This document shows, piece after piece, positions 34,726-43,982 of a stretch of 64,000 nt of DNA. Origin of the DNA: an uncultured Dehalococcoidia bacterium. GTDB taxonomy: Bacteria > Chloroflexota > Dehalococcoidia > Lucifugimonadales > UBA3495. The position numbers and the translations under genes are program-made. The notes under the pieces were generated by a model. It ran no database searches, was not told the DNA's origin, and worked only from the letters and a program-made list of their open reading frames with translations. The first letter of the stretch is position 1; every line of letters begins with the position of its first letter. Location: contig OY282494.1 of assembly GCA_958296385.1 (NCBI GenBank), positions 31,416 through 95,415 of the forward strand, given 5' to 3'.

Positions 34726-35275
34726 GTTTGACGCCACCCAACTGGTACTGCGCCACGCCGGGGACAGCCCGGTCGTGGGCAACCTGGGGCCCACCAGCGA
34801 CGAGCTGTATCACGCCGGCCACCGGGACCGCAATTTCTACACCTACGGCAGCATGGGCCTGTGCTCGTCAATCGCGCTGGGGATGGCCCTGTCCACCGAC
34901 GACAAAGTAATATCGCTGGACGGCGACGGCTCGCTGCTGATGAACCTGGGCGCCATCGCCACCATCGGGCGGGAGAATCCGCCCAACCTGGTGGTAGTAG
35001 TTTGGGACAACGAAGCCTGGGGGCAAACCGGCGGCCAACCCAGCCACACCGCCACCAACACCGACCTGGCAGCAGTAGCCCAATCCTGCGGCATCACCAA
35101 AACCGCCACCGTAAGCGACCTGGAAACGCTGGAAGAGGCAGTCTCACAAGCAATGACGGAGCCGGGGCCATGGTTCATAGTAGCCAAAATTGAGGAAGCG
35201 GAAGAATATATGCCGGTAGCCCCGGTAGAACCGGAGTTCACCCTGTATCGGTTCAGAAACACCTACGTGGAGTGA
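34718..35275 (+). CDS. ThDP-dependent decarboxylase beta subunit (ComE-like), second pair
   Basis: TTG start overlaps the alpha subunit stop, with GGAGG 6 nt upstream. ThDP motif LDGDGSLLMNLG...WDNEAWGQTGGQ. Confidence 0.7.
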   Translation: MLRFDATQLVLRHAGDSPVVGNLGPTSDELYHAGHRDRNFYTYGSMGLCSSIALGMALSTDDKVISLDGDGSLLMNLGAIATIGRENPPNLVVVVWDNEAWGQTGGQPSHTATNTDLAAVAQSCGITKTATVSDLETLEEAVSQAMTEPGPWFIVAKIEEAEEYMPVAPVEPEFTLYRFRNTYVE

Positions 35276-37329
35276 CGCGGCCGGCCGAAAGCACCGCACC
35301 CATGCTCTCCCGCCGCCCGCTGGCCCGGTTCCGGCCCGGCCGCTTTACCCTGCTGCTGGCCGGCATTGCCGTGCTGGGCGCGGCCCTCGTGCTGGCGCGG
35401 GAGGTTACTTACGGGGTGGCGCTATCGTGGGATTCCGTAGAGTACATCGGCGTGGCCGGGAGCCTGCTGGCAGGGGACGGTTTTACGCGGTTCTTTGGGG
35501 GCGTTTATAAGGCGTTTCCCCCGCTGTATCCCGTGCTGCTGGCGGCGGGCAGCCTTTTCCTGTTTGACCCGCGCGACGTCGCCGGGCCGCTGAACGCCGT
35601 CATCTTTGGGCTGATTATTTTCGTTGCCGGACGTTACCTGCGGCTCCGCCTGCAATCCCGGTTCCTGGTCGGTTGGGCCTGCCTGGTCATAGCTCTAGCC
35701 ATCCCACTGACTGAGATTGCATCCCATGCGATGTCCGAAACGACGTTCATCCTGCTGGCAATCCTCGCTCTAATCCAGACCGATGCGTTCCTGATCGACG
35801 GCAAACGTTCCGCTTTGCTGTGGGCGGCGGCGTTCACCGCTCTGGCCTGTCTGACGCGCTTTATGGGCGTTACGGTGCTGGCTGCCATAGTGCTGCTGCT
35901 GCTTTGCCAGCGCGGCATAGCCCTGCCGGACAAGGCAAAACGCATCGCCGTCTATGCGCTGATTGCGGCAACGCCGGTCGGCCTGTGGATACTGCGGACT
36001 TTCCTGCTCACCGGAACGCCGACCGGAACGAGAGGCCGGACGTTTTACTCCCTGCCGGAGATTCTGGACGGAATGTTAGACGTCGTCGTCAAGCAGGGTT
36101 CCCTGGATTTGCAGTTGGGGGACGCTGCGTTTATCCCCGTAGTCGGGTTAGCCGGCCTCAGCCTGCTGGCGCTGGCGGCGGCGGTTTGCTACACATTCGT
36201 CCGCGCGCTCCCGCCGGGCGATACCTGGACCAATCGGCGTCCCTTTTACATATTTGGCGGGTTTGGACTGGTGTACCTCATCTTACTTACGGTAGCGATG
36301 CTGTTGGGAAACACTTGGGACGGGGTGCAGCCCAGATTCCTGACCCCGGTGTACATTCCGCTCCTGTTTGCGGCGCTATTTGTGATTGACCAGTCCTGGA
36401 GTTATGTACGGGAGCGCAGGCAGTCGGCAACTGATGGCAGATTGTCAGCAACAGAACGAATGCACGAGAGGGGGCAGCAATGGCCGAGTCTGCTGGCTGC
36501 CAGCATAGTCATCCCGCTTTCCCTGATACTGGTTCATCAGTCGGTGTTGCAGGCCGGCGCAATAACTGAGGCGAATGAGGGCGCCAACCTGGGGTATGAC
36601 GGCAAAAGATGGACGGATTCAGAAACCCTGCAATACGTCCGAGAGTCAGCCCTGACCGGAATGATATTCAGCAACGACGCGGCGGCCACCTATATTCATA
36701 CCGACCTCCCCGCAAAGCATCGCTATTGGTCCTGTACAAATGGCAAACTGCAATCGCAACTACCGGCGGAAGGCGTTGAGGATGGCATTGCCGTCCACGG
36801 TGTTTGGTTCTACAACAGGTGTGGCGAGAGCGACTCGCTCACCCCCGCCGACTTGCGGACAACGCCAGGGCTGGAGCCGGTGGCAAAGCTGAGCGACGGC
36901 GCTATCTTCAAAGTTAACCGGAATTACGACCCCGCCAGTGCGCTGCGTGCGGAGTACGCAGCCATAGCATCCGGCGAACCCCTAATCCGTTCCGATTTCG
37001 TCGTTTATCTCAATGGACGCACCATGCACTACATCAGGGACACGTGCCGGGAGCAGGACACGACGGCAATGTTCTTTCTCCACGTCACCCCATCGGACGC
37101 GAATGACTTGCCGGCCCACCGCAAGCAGTACGGCTTTGACCACCACGACTTTAGCTTTAATCAATACGGCCTGATGTTCGACGGCAAGTGCTGGGCAGAG
37201 CGCATACTGCCGCAGTACGACATCGCCGCCATCCGCACCGGCCAGTACGTTCTCGAGGCCGGCGATTTCAACAACCTCTGGGAGGCGGAATTCCCCTTTA
37301 TGCCCGGGCAAGAAGGAACGCCGCAATAG
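35272..37329 (+). CDS. GT-C-type polytopic membrane glycosyltransferase-like protein (ArnT/PMT-like) with conserved C-terminal module, paralog 1
   Basis: There are >=10 hydrophobic segments. The first-loop motif is WDSVEY...GDGF and the C-terminal ~110 aa are shared with paralogs 2-4. GTG 35272 overlaps the upstream TGA; ATG 35302 is an alternative start. Confidence 0.7.
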   Translation: MTRPAESTAPMLSRRPLARFRPGRFTLLLAGIAVLGAALVLAREVTYGVALSWDSVEYIGVAGSLLAGDGFTRFFGGVYKAFPPLYPVLLAAGSLFLFDPRDVAGPLNAVIFGLIIFVAGRYLRLRLQSRFLVGWACLVIALAIPLTEIASHAMSETTFILLAILALIQTDAFLIDGKRSALLWAAAFTALACLTRFMGVTVLAAIVLLLLCQRGIALPDKAKRIAVYALIAATPVGLWILRTFLLTGTPTGTRGRTFYSLPEILDGMLDVVVKQGSLDLQLGDAAFIPVVGLAGLSLLALAAAVCYTFVRALPPGDTWTNRRPFYIFGGFGLVYLILLTVAMLLGNTWDGVQPRFLTPVYIPLLFAALFVIDQSWSYVRERRQSATDGRLSATERMHERGQQWPSLLAASIVIPLSLILVHQSVLQAGAITEANEGANLGYDGKRWTDSETLQYVRESALTGMIFSNDAAATYIHTDLPAKHRYWSCTNGKLQSQLPAEGVEDGIAVHGVWFYNRCGESDSLTPADLRTTPGLEPVAKLSDGAIFKVNRNYDPASALRAEYAAIASGEPLIRSDFVVYLNGRTMHYIRDTCREQDTTAMFFLHVTPSDANDLPAHRKQYGFDHHDFSFNQYGLMFDGKCWAERILPQYDIAAIRTGQYVLEAGDFNNLWEAEFPFMPGQEGTPQ

Positions 37330-37373
37330 CAGTGGTAGAATAACCACCCCGCAACCTACCAAACCACTGCGCC

Positions 37374-39464
37374 GTGCGAACTTTACTTCCAGCCCACCGC
37401 ATCTATTTCATCATTGCCCTCCTGCCCTGGCTGGCGCTGCTGGGCTGGTTGGCATCGGTGTCGTGGTTTCTCACCGACGACGCCTTTATCAGCTTTCGCT
37501 ACGTCCGCAACCTGCTGGAAGGGCACGGCCTCGTTTTCAACGTCGGCGAGCGGGTTGAGGGCTACTCCAACTTCCTGTGGGTGCTGGAACTGGCCGCCGT
37601 TTGGGGCATCTTGGGCATCAAGCCCGAACACGCCGCCCCCTGGCTGTCGGTAATCTACACGGCGGCAACCATCGCCGCGCTGCTGTGGTGGGCGTGGCGC
37701 ACGCCGTCGCTGCGGTGCCGGGGATTGACGGCGTGGCTGGCCCTGGGGCTGGTGTGCAGCAGCGCCACCTTTGCCGTCTGGACATCCGGCGGAGGGCTGG
37801 AAACCCGGCAGTTCACTTTCTTTATAGTCGTAGCGGTAGTCTGCCTGGCCCTGTACCGCAACAACCAGTGGGCCCTGCTGACGGCATCGCTGAGCCTGGC
37901 CGCCGCGTCCCTGACCCGCCCGGAGGGCCCGCTGATTGCGGTTCTGTGCTTCGGCTGGTTCATCATTCAGCGGATGATTGACGCCGGCCGGCCCCGTCTT
38001 GACTGGCGGGAACTGGCTTTCCTGATAGTACCCTTTGCCGTCCTGATTGCCGGCCATTTCCTGTTCCGCTACGCCTACTACGGCGAATGGCTGCCCAACA
38101 CCTACTACGCCAAACACGTCCGCCCCTGGTACGAATCGGGATTCCGCTACCTCTGTGCGGCGGCCATTGAAACGGGGCTGTATCTGCTGCTGCCGCTGGC
38201 CGCCATCGCCCTGCGGGAACGCTGGCGGCAATACCGGGATGGCACCTACGCCCTGGTGCTGCTGATAATCGTGGTGCACATGGCCTACGTAATGCGGATT
38301 GGCGGCGACCATTTTGAGTACCGGCCGCTGGATTTCTACTGGCCACTGCTGGCGCTGCCGGCGGCAGTGGGGATTGTGCATCTGGGCGGCTGGGTTGCCG
38401 GCCAAGCGCAACGTATCCGGCCAATCGCACGGGTCAGGATATTATCAAGCCCGCCGGCGTGGGCGCTGCTGCTGTTCGTGCCCATCATTTTCTACTCGAG
38501 CGCAATGCAGGCGGCCCTGCTGTTTGAGGGGGCCAAGATTAACGAACGCATCTTTCAAATCCATATCGAGCTCGATGATGAGACCGCCAGCTGGCTGCGG
38601 TCCGCGCCGGGGATGCCCGCGCTGGCGGCAATCTCCAACGACTTGCGCGCTAGTCTTGTCCAGCAGAACGTGAATCTGCGGTTCGTCGAGCATCGCGAAT
38701 TCGCTGACAAAAGGATTGCGATATGGCAGCCCTACTCGAATATGGAACGGGGGCTAATTCCCGACGACGCGGTGATGACTACCGCCACCATCGGCATCCC
38801 ATACTATTATCTCCCGGAACTGACCGTCATTGACTATAATGGTCTGACCGACGCGACGATAGCGCGCAATCCGGTTACACACCCCAACCGAGAGCGCCAA
38901 ATGGCCCACGACCGTTCTCCGCCCCCCGGCTACCTGAAGCAGCGCGGCGTTAATATTGACCTTCATGGCCCGGCGGCCACTGTGGAGCAGGCGTTGCAAG
39001 CTGAATATGCCATGCCGGTGGGGCCCAACCTCTGGATGCCCTTTGAGTCCGACGACCCTGAGTGGGTCAGCTCCGCTTTTGCCGGACGCGACCTAATAGT
39101 GTCCAGCGATTACAATGCGGAGTTGACCAGGGGCAACACGCCGGCAATTCGTTCCCAATTCGACGTCCACCTTGTGGAGAACCGGCTGATCTACGTAAAG
39201 GAACAGTGCGGCCCGAACGACCTTGACGCCGCGTTTTTCCTCCACTTGCACCCGGTTGACGTGAACGACCTGCCCGACGACCGCAAGCAGCACGGTTTTG
39301 ACAACCGAGACTTCTACGAGGATAGTATCATCAGACTGGCTAACACCTGCCGGGCCATAGTTCTGCTACCGGAATACGACGTCGCCGAAATCAGAACCGG
39401 CCAGTTTATAGAAGTGGATGGCGGCTATAAGCACATCTGGGAGGGGGAAATCCGGCCGGAATGA
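37374..39464 (+). CDS. GT-C-type membrane glycosyltransferase-like protein, paralog 2
   Basis: First loop TDDAFISFRYVRNLLEGHGLVFNVGERVEGYSNFLW. The C-terminal module lies at 39153-39461. Confidence 0.7.
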   Translation: MRTLLPAHRIYFIIALLPWLALLGWLASVSWFLTDDAFISFRYVRNLLEGHGLVFNVGERVEGYSNFLWVLELAAVWGILGIKPEHAAPWLSVIYTAATIAALLWWAWRTPSLRCRGLTAWLALGLVCSSATFAVWTSGGGLETRQFTFFIVVAVVCLALYRNNQWALLTASLSLAAASLTRPEGPLIAVLCFGWFIIQRMIDAGRPRLDWRELAFLIVPFAVLIAGHFLFRYAYYGEWLPNTYYAKHVRPWYESGFRYLCAAAIETGLYLLLPLAAIALRERWRQYRDGTYALVLLIIVVHMAYVMRIGGDHFEYRPLDFYWPLLALPAAVGIVHLGGWVAGQAQRIRPIARVRILSSPPAWALLLFVPIIFYSSAMQAALLFEGAKINERIFQIHIELDDETASWLRSAPGMPALAAISNDLRASLVQQNVNLRFVEHREFADKRIAIWQPYSNMERGLIPDDAVMTTATIGIPYYYLPELTVIDYNGLTDATIARNPVTHPNRERQMAHDRSPPPGYLKQRGVNIDLHGPAATVEQALQAEYAMPVGPNLWMPFESDDPEWVSSAFAGRDLIVSSDYNAELTRGNTPAIRSQFDVHLVENRLIYVKEQCGPNDLDAAFFLHLHPVDVNDLPDDRKQHGFDNRDFYEDSIIRLANTCRAIVLLPEYDVAEIRTGQFIEVDGGYKHIWEGEIRPE

Positions 39465-39591
39465 GCCGGTAATCTCCCCCCTGCCAAAGCGGTTGCATCT
39501 GTTACGGATTATAGCGCATAGTACCAAACCGCCGCCCCGCCACAAGCGCATTTCCGCATCGCCCCGGCGCGGTTATCCAGGAATCAGGCAG

Positions 39592-41898
39592 ATGATAAAC
39601 AAACGGTGGATAAACATAATGCGGGGCCTGTTATCGACTGCCCCGCTGCGCCACGCTCTGTTCACCCTGTTCATCGCCGGCATCCTGTCCTACGGCGCCG
39701 GGTTCGCCGGTTATATGCTGGCCAAATTTGACCTCATCAACCTCATCCGCGAAATGAGCAATGATGATTCCTTCTACTATTTTCAGATAGCCTATCACCT
39801 GTCCGAGGGAAAGTTTTCCACCTTTGACGGCGGCATCACCCGCACCAACGGCTACCATCCCCTCTGGATGTTTGCCGTCACGCCGTTTTATTGGGTGTTT
39901 GACAAGGAATCCGCCCTGTTCGGCATCAAGGCTTTTGAGATTATGCTCGTTGCCGGGGCCGTTGCCTGTATTGCGACAGCGGCCCGGCTGGCGCGGCTGC
40001 CCTGGATTTTGCTTTTTGCGGCGCTGCCGCTGCTTTACGAGCATCGTGCCTCGTTTGGCGGGCTGGAAGCCGCCGCCGCGCTGTTTATGCTGGGGCTGTT
40101 TATGCTGGCCCTGATGCTCTATGCGCGCAATCCGGCCCGGTGGACTTGGCCGCTGGCCGCCGTTGCCTTTGCGCTGCCCTGGGTGCGGCTGGAGTACATC
40201 GCCATATCGATGGCGGCGACAGTGGTGTTGTGCGTCATTGAATGGTCGCGGCGGGAGCGGCCGGCCGGGGCGTGGTGGCGCAGCTTGATGCTTTCTGCCC
40301 CCTCCCAAGCGTTAGTTCTAATCGGCGGCGCAATCGCCGGCATCCTGGTCTATTTCCTCTACAATCGGTTGGTGTTTGGCGGCATCGTGCCGGTAAGCGG
40401 CGTTACCAAAGCCGCCTGGTCGCAGTTCAAGTGGGCGCAGGCCGGCGGGTACAGTTTTACGCAGAACTTCCGGGATGTGTTGCAGGTTCCGGTCTTTGAC
40501 TTTGAGCTGCTGGCTGCGTTGGCGATTTGCGCCGGCCTGCTGTTGGTCTGGTGGCTGGCCCGACGTTCTCGTGATGAACGGGATTGGCTGCTGCTGGTTT
40601 TTCTGGTAGGCGCGTTCGGCTTGGCCGTCGGCCATCTGTCAATGTTCGCGCAAACCGTGCTCACCGTGTATCCCACCAGCCAAGGGAAATTTCTCTGGTA
40701 TTTTGTACCGGCGTATCTGATGATGGCGCTGATTACTCCCGTAATCTGCTATGTTGCCATTTACTTCATTCGGCGTTGCATCGGGCCAAGATGGCGCCGC
40801 ACGGCCGGCCTGCTGAGCGTGAGCATCATCGCAGCCGGCGCGGTTTTCCTGCTGGCCAGGGCGGATTTCACTTATCCATTCTGGTTTGTTGAGAATTACA
40901 GTGCGATAACCAGGAATCACGATGAATGGGTTTCCTCTTTTTATGGCGGCGTGCAGGTTATGAACCGGGTGCTTCCCGATAACAGCGTGGTCGGCTCGTG
41001 GGACGCCGGCATCGTCGGGTACTTCTCCCGTTTTCCGGTGGTCAACCTGGACGGTTTGGTCAATTCCTACGACTATCTGCACGACACCGGAGTAGCGGAG
41101 GATGGCTATGCCAGCTGGAAAAATAAGTTCATTCCCCTTTACCGAGAGTTTGGAATAACCGGCTTTGCCAATATTACGACGCAGCACTTTGCGGGCGACG
41201 TAATTTTGGAAACTTCGTCGCCGTCCCAGGGGGATCGTTTCTACATCTTTCCCGCCGAACCGCTGGACAACGCTGACACTGCGGAATGGTTCTGGCAGCG
41301 GATGGAGCCGCACTTCGCCTACCAGTCCGATGGCGTCGGCTTTATTGTGGATGGCCGGCTGGCGCAGGGGTTTGCCAGAAACTGCGCGCCGGGCGAGCTG
41401 GCGGTATGGGAATGGGGCGGGCCGGGCAACGTAGTCGGCATGAATTGGCACCGGAACGAATCGGGGCTGTGCATGGTCGATATGCTGCTGCCGCACCACG
41501 CCATGCCGCCGGTAGGGATTGCTGCGCTGTCGGCCAGCGATTACCTGGCGGCGCTGATTGGCAGCAGCGCGCCGGCAATCTCCTCCGACTACGCGGTCTA
41601 TCTCAAGAACAACCGGCTCATCTACGTAAATGAACAGTGCGGCGATGCCGACGTTGCCCGTGGTTTCTTTCTGCATTTGGACCCGGTTCGCCAGCTCGAC
41701 TTGCCGCGCCAACGCCGGCCCAACGGGTTTGACAACCTGGACTTCCGTTTTGCCTGGAACGGCCGCCAATTCGGAGAAATCTGCATCATAATCCGGCAGC
41801 TCCCGGATTATGACATCGCCGCAATCCGCACCGGCCAATTTGAGCGGGTGGGCGGCAACTTCAGTCACGTCTGGGAGGGTAAAATCCGGCCGGAATAA
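39592..41898 (+). CDS. GT-C-type membrane glycosyltransferase-like protein, paralog 3
   Basis: First loop NDDSFYYFQIAYHLSEGKFSTFDGGITRTNGYHPLW. The C-terminal module lies at 41584-41895. ATG 39592 was chosen over the track start, which overlaps paralog 2. Confidence 0.7.
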   Translation: MINKRWINIMRGLLSTAPLRHALFTLFIAGILSYGAGFAGYMLAKFDLINLIREMSNDDSFYYFQIAYHLSEGKFSTFDGGITRTNGYHPLWMFAVTPFYWVFDKESALFGIKAFEIMLVAGAVACIATAARLARLPWILLFAALPLLYEHRASFGGLEAAAALFMLGLFMLALMLYARNPARWTWPLAAVAFALPWVRLEYIAISMAATVVLCVIEWSRRERPAGAWWRSLMLSAPSQALVLIGGAIAGILVYFLYNRLVFGGIVPVSGVTKAAWSQFKWAQAGGYSFTQNFRDVLQVPVFDFELLAALAICAGLLLVWWLARRSRDERDWLLLVFLVGAFGLAVGHLSMFAQTVLTVYPTSQGKFLWYFVPAYLMMALITPVICYVAIYFIRRCIGPRWRRTAGLLSVSIIAAGAVFLLARADFTYPFWFVENYSAITRNHDEWVSSFYGGVQVMNRVLPDNSVVGSWDAGIVGYFSRFPVVNLDGLVNSYDYLHDTGVAEDGYASWKNKFIPLYREFGITGFANITTQHFAGDVILETSSPSQGDRFYIFPAEPLDNADTAEWFWQRMEPHFAYQSDGVGFIVDGRLAQGFARNCAPGELAVWEWGGPGNVVGMNWHRNESGLCMVDMLLPHHAMPPVGIAALSASDYLAALIGSSAPAISSDYAVYLKNNRLIYVNEQCGDADVARGFFLHLDPVRQLDLPRQRRPNGFDNLDFRFAWNGRQFGEICIIIRQLPDYDIAAIRTGQFERVGGNFSHVWEGKIRPE

Positions 41899-42006
41899 GC
41901 CCCAGATGCTTGCCCACTTTGTGCCGGCGTGGGAAACTGGCGGGTGTCGATGCGCCTGCGCCTGCGTCGGCCCCGGCCCGCTACAATAATCAGGAGGCGA
42001 TACGCA

Positions 42007-43230
42007 ATGACTACCCCGCAGAACCCGCCGGAATCCCCGGCCCCGGAATCCCAGTCCGGCGATGCCGCCCGCCCCGACTTTCTGCAAATGGACGGCGCCG
42101 CGTCGGATGGCAATTCCGCCGCCCACACCGACAGCTGGTACGGCTGGCCGCACAAAAAGGTGGAGCCGGTTACTTTGCAGCGGCCCGACGGCAAGACGGA
42201 GCGGGTTCGCACGCCGGTTATGGAGCTGGAGGGCCTGATTACGCCCACCGAACTGCATTACGTGGTGCAGCACTTCGGGATTCCCGACCCGGTGGCCGCA
42301 GCCGACTGGTCGCTGTCGGTGGACGGGGAAGTCAATAACCCCCTCACGCTGAATTACGAAACGCTGCGCCAATTCCCGGCCCGCTCCGTCCGTACCGTGA
42401 TGGAATGTTCCGGCAGCGACGCCACCTACTTTGAGTACTTCAAGGGCGAGGGGCCCCGTCCGTCGCGCACGCAGGAACGGATGATACTCTCAGGCAGCGA
42501 GTGGACCGGCGTGCCGCTGGCCGCCGTGCTGAACGCCGCCGGTCTCACCGGCCGGGCCACCCACGTGCGCGCCGTCGGCTGGGATGAGGGCGTGCCGGCC
42601 ACCGCCGCCGAGGGCACCGAACCATTTTTGTACGACAAAGGGCTGCCCCTGCAAAAAGCCCTGCACCCCGACACCATCCTGGCCTACGCCCAGAACGGCC
42701 AGATACTGGAACACCTGCACGGCGCCCCCGTCCGCCTGCTGGTTCCGGGCTGGTCGGGCAACTGGTCGGTGAAGTGGCTGACCCGGCTGGAGGTTATGGA
42801 CCACGAACCCGACTGCTGGTATCACTACAACTTCTACTACTACGGCGACTCGCCCGACGACCCCAACAAAGAGCTGATTACCACCATCGGCGTCAAGTCG
42901 CTGGTTACCCAGCCCAACGACGACACCGGCACGCTGCCCGCCGGCAATCACGCCGTGCGGGGCTACGCGTGGAGCGGCGGCGGCGCCATCACCCAGGTGG
43001 AAGTCAGCGTGGACGGCGGCCAGTCCTGGCACCCCGCCCGCTTGGAGGAGCCGTCGGAGCGGTTCATGTGGCGGCGCTGGTCGTGGGTGTGGGACGCCGC
43101 GCCCGGCCAGTACACCGTAATGTCCCGCGCCACCGACAGCGTGGGCAGCGTGCAGTCCCGCGAACCGCGCTACAACAATATGCGCAAAAACTTCAGCGCC
43201 ATCGTAGGCTACGACATAACGGTGGAATAG
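42007..43230 (+). CDS. Sulfite-oxidase-family molybdopterin oxidoreductase
   Basis: ...HFGIPD...VMECSGSD... (Mo-binding Cys context) followed by a C-terminal dimerisation domain. RBS AGGAGG. Confidence 0.8.
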   Translation: MTTPQNPPESPAPESQSGDAARPDFLQMDGAASDGNSAAHTDSWYGWPHKKVEPVTLQRPDGKTERVRTPVMELEGLITPTELHYVVQHFGIPDPVAAADWSLSVDGEVNNPLTLNYETLRQFPARSVRTVMECSGSDATYFEYFKGEGPRPSRTQERMILSGSEWTGVPLAAVLNAAGLTGRATHVRAVGWDEGVPATAAEGTEPFLYDKGLPLQKALHPDTILAYAQNGQILEHLHGAPVRLLVPGWSGNWSVKWLTRLEVMDHEPDCWYHYNFYYYGDSPDDPNKELITTIGVKSLVTQPNDDTGTLPAGNHAVRGYAWSGGGAITQVEVSVDGGQSWHPARLEEPSERFMWRRWSWVWDAAPGQYTVMSRATDSVGSVQSREPRYNNMRKNFSAIVGYDITVE

Positions 43231-43232
43231 CC

Positions 43233-43952
43233 ATGACGACAACCCAAAAACCGGATACCGCCGCCGCCATCGCCCCGGCCATCACCGTCCCCCCGGTTCA
43301 CGATGCGGACATCCCCCCGTTCCCGCTGGCCGGCCGCCTGCGGCTGAACCTGTCGGCCCTGGGCGTTGACGCCGGCACGCCGGATTTGGGGGAGCGGCTC
43401 TGCCAACTGTCAAAGGACAACGACCTGTATGACTTTGAGTTTTCGGCGCAAGGAGAACTTATCATAATGCCGCCATCCGGCTGGGACACCGGCGCTTACG
43501 AGGGCGCTATCAACACCAGGGTTGGAGTTTGGCAGGAGGAAAACGACGGCCTCTACTTACCGCTATCCGTGATGTTCCGGCTGCCCAGTGGCGCCCTTCT
43601 GATGCCGGATGCGTCCTGGATTAGCCAGACGCGTCATGATGAACTGCGGGCGCAGGAATATCAAAGCGTCATTGACGGCGCGCCGGATTTCATCGTAGAG
43701 ATACGCTCGCGCACCGATGCGCTGAGGCCCGGGCTGGCCAAGATGGACGAGTGGATGGCCGGCGGCGCCCGCCTGGGCTGGTACATTGACCCCTACCGCC
43801 AGCAGGCCCACATCTACCGGGCCGGTCAGGATGCTGAAATCCTGGACAACCCGGAAACCCTGTCCGGCGAGGACGTGCTGCCGGGCTTTGTGTTCCCGGT
43901 GCGCCGGCTGATCTTCGCGCGCTACGCCAACCCGCCTAATCCGTCCGTCTAA
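43233..43952 (+). CDS. Uma2/DUF820 family endonuclease
   Basis: ...GELIIMPPSG...PDFIVEIRSRTD...LAKMDEWMAGGARLGWYIDP. ATG lies 2 nt after the upstream stop. Confidence 0.8.
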   Translation: MTTTQKPDTAAAIAPAITVPPVHDADIPPFPLAGRLRLNLSALGVDAGTPDLGERLCQLSKDNDLYDFEFSAQGELIIMPPSGWDTGAYEGAINTRVGVWQEENDGLYLPLSVMFRLPSGALLMPDASWISQTRHDELRAQEYQSVIDGAPDFIVEIRSRTDALRPGLAKMDEWMAGGARLGWYIDPYRQQAHIYRAGQDAEILDNPETLSGEDVLPGFVFPVRRLIFARYANPPNPSV

Positions 43953-43982
43953 TCCGCGCCAAAGCGCCGGGAGATTCAACGT

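Noticed and set aside
40639-42372. 577-aa minus-strand ORF. Similar long shadows occur at 43563-45155, 49683-51485, 55712-57064, 58971-60677 and 37383-38411.
   Set aside because: All of them lie opposite genes with unambiguous identities (GT-C paralogs, ACAD, gatB, acs, fusA). They show the low-complexity G/A/R/P bias of antisense frames in GC-rich genomes.
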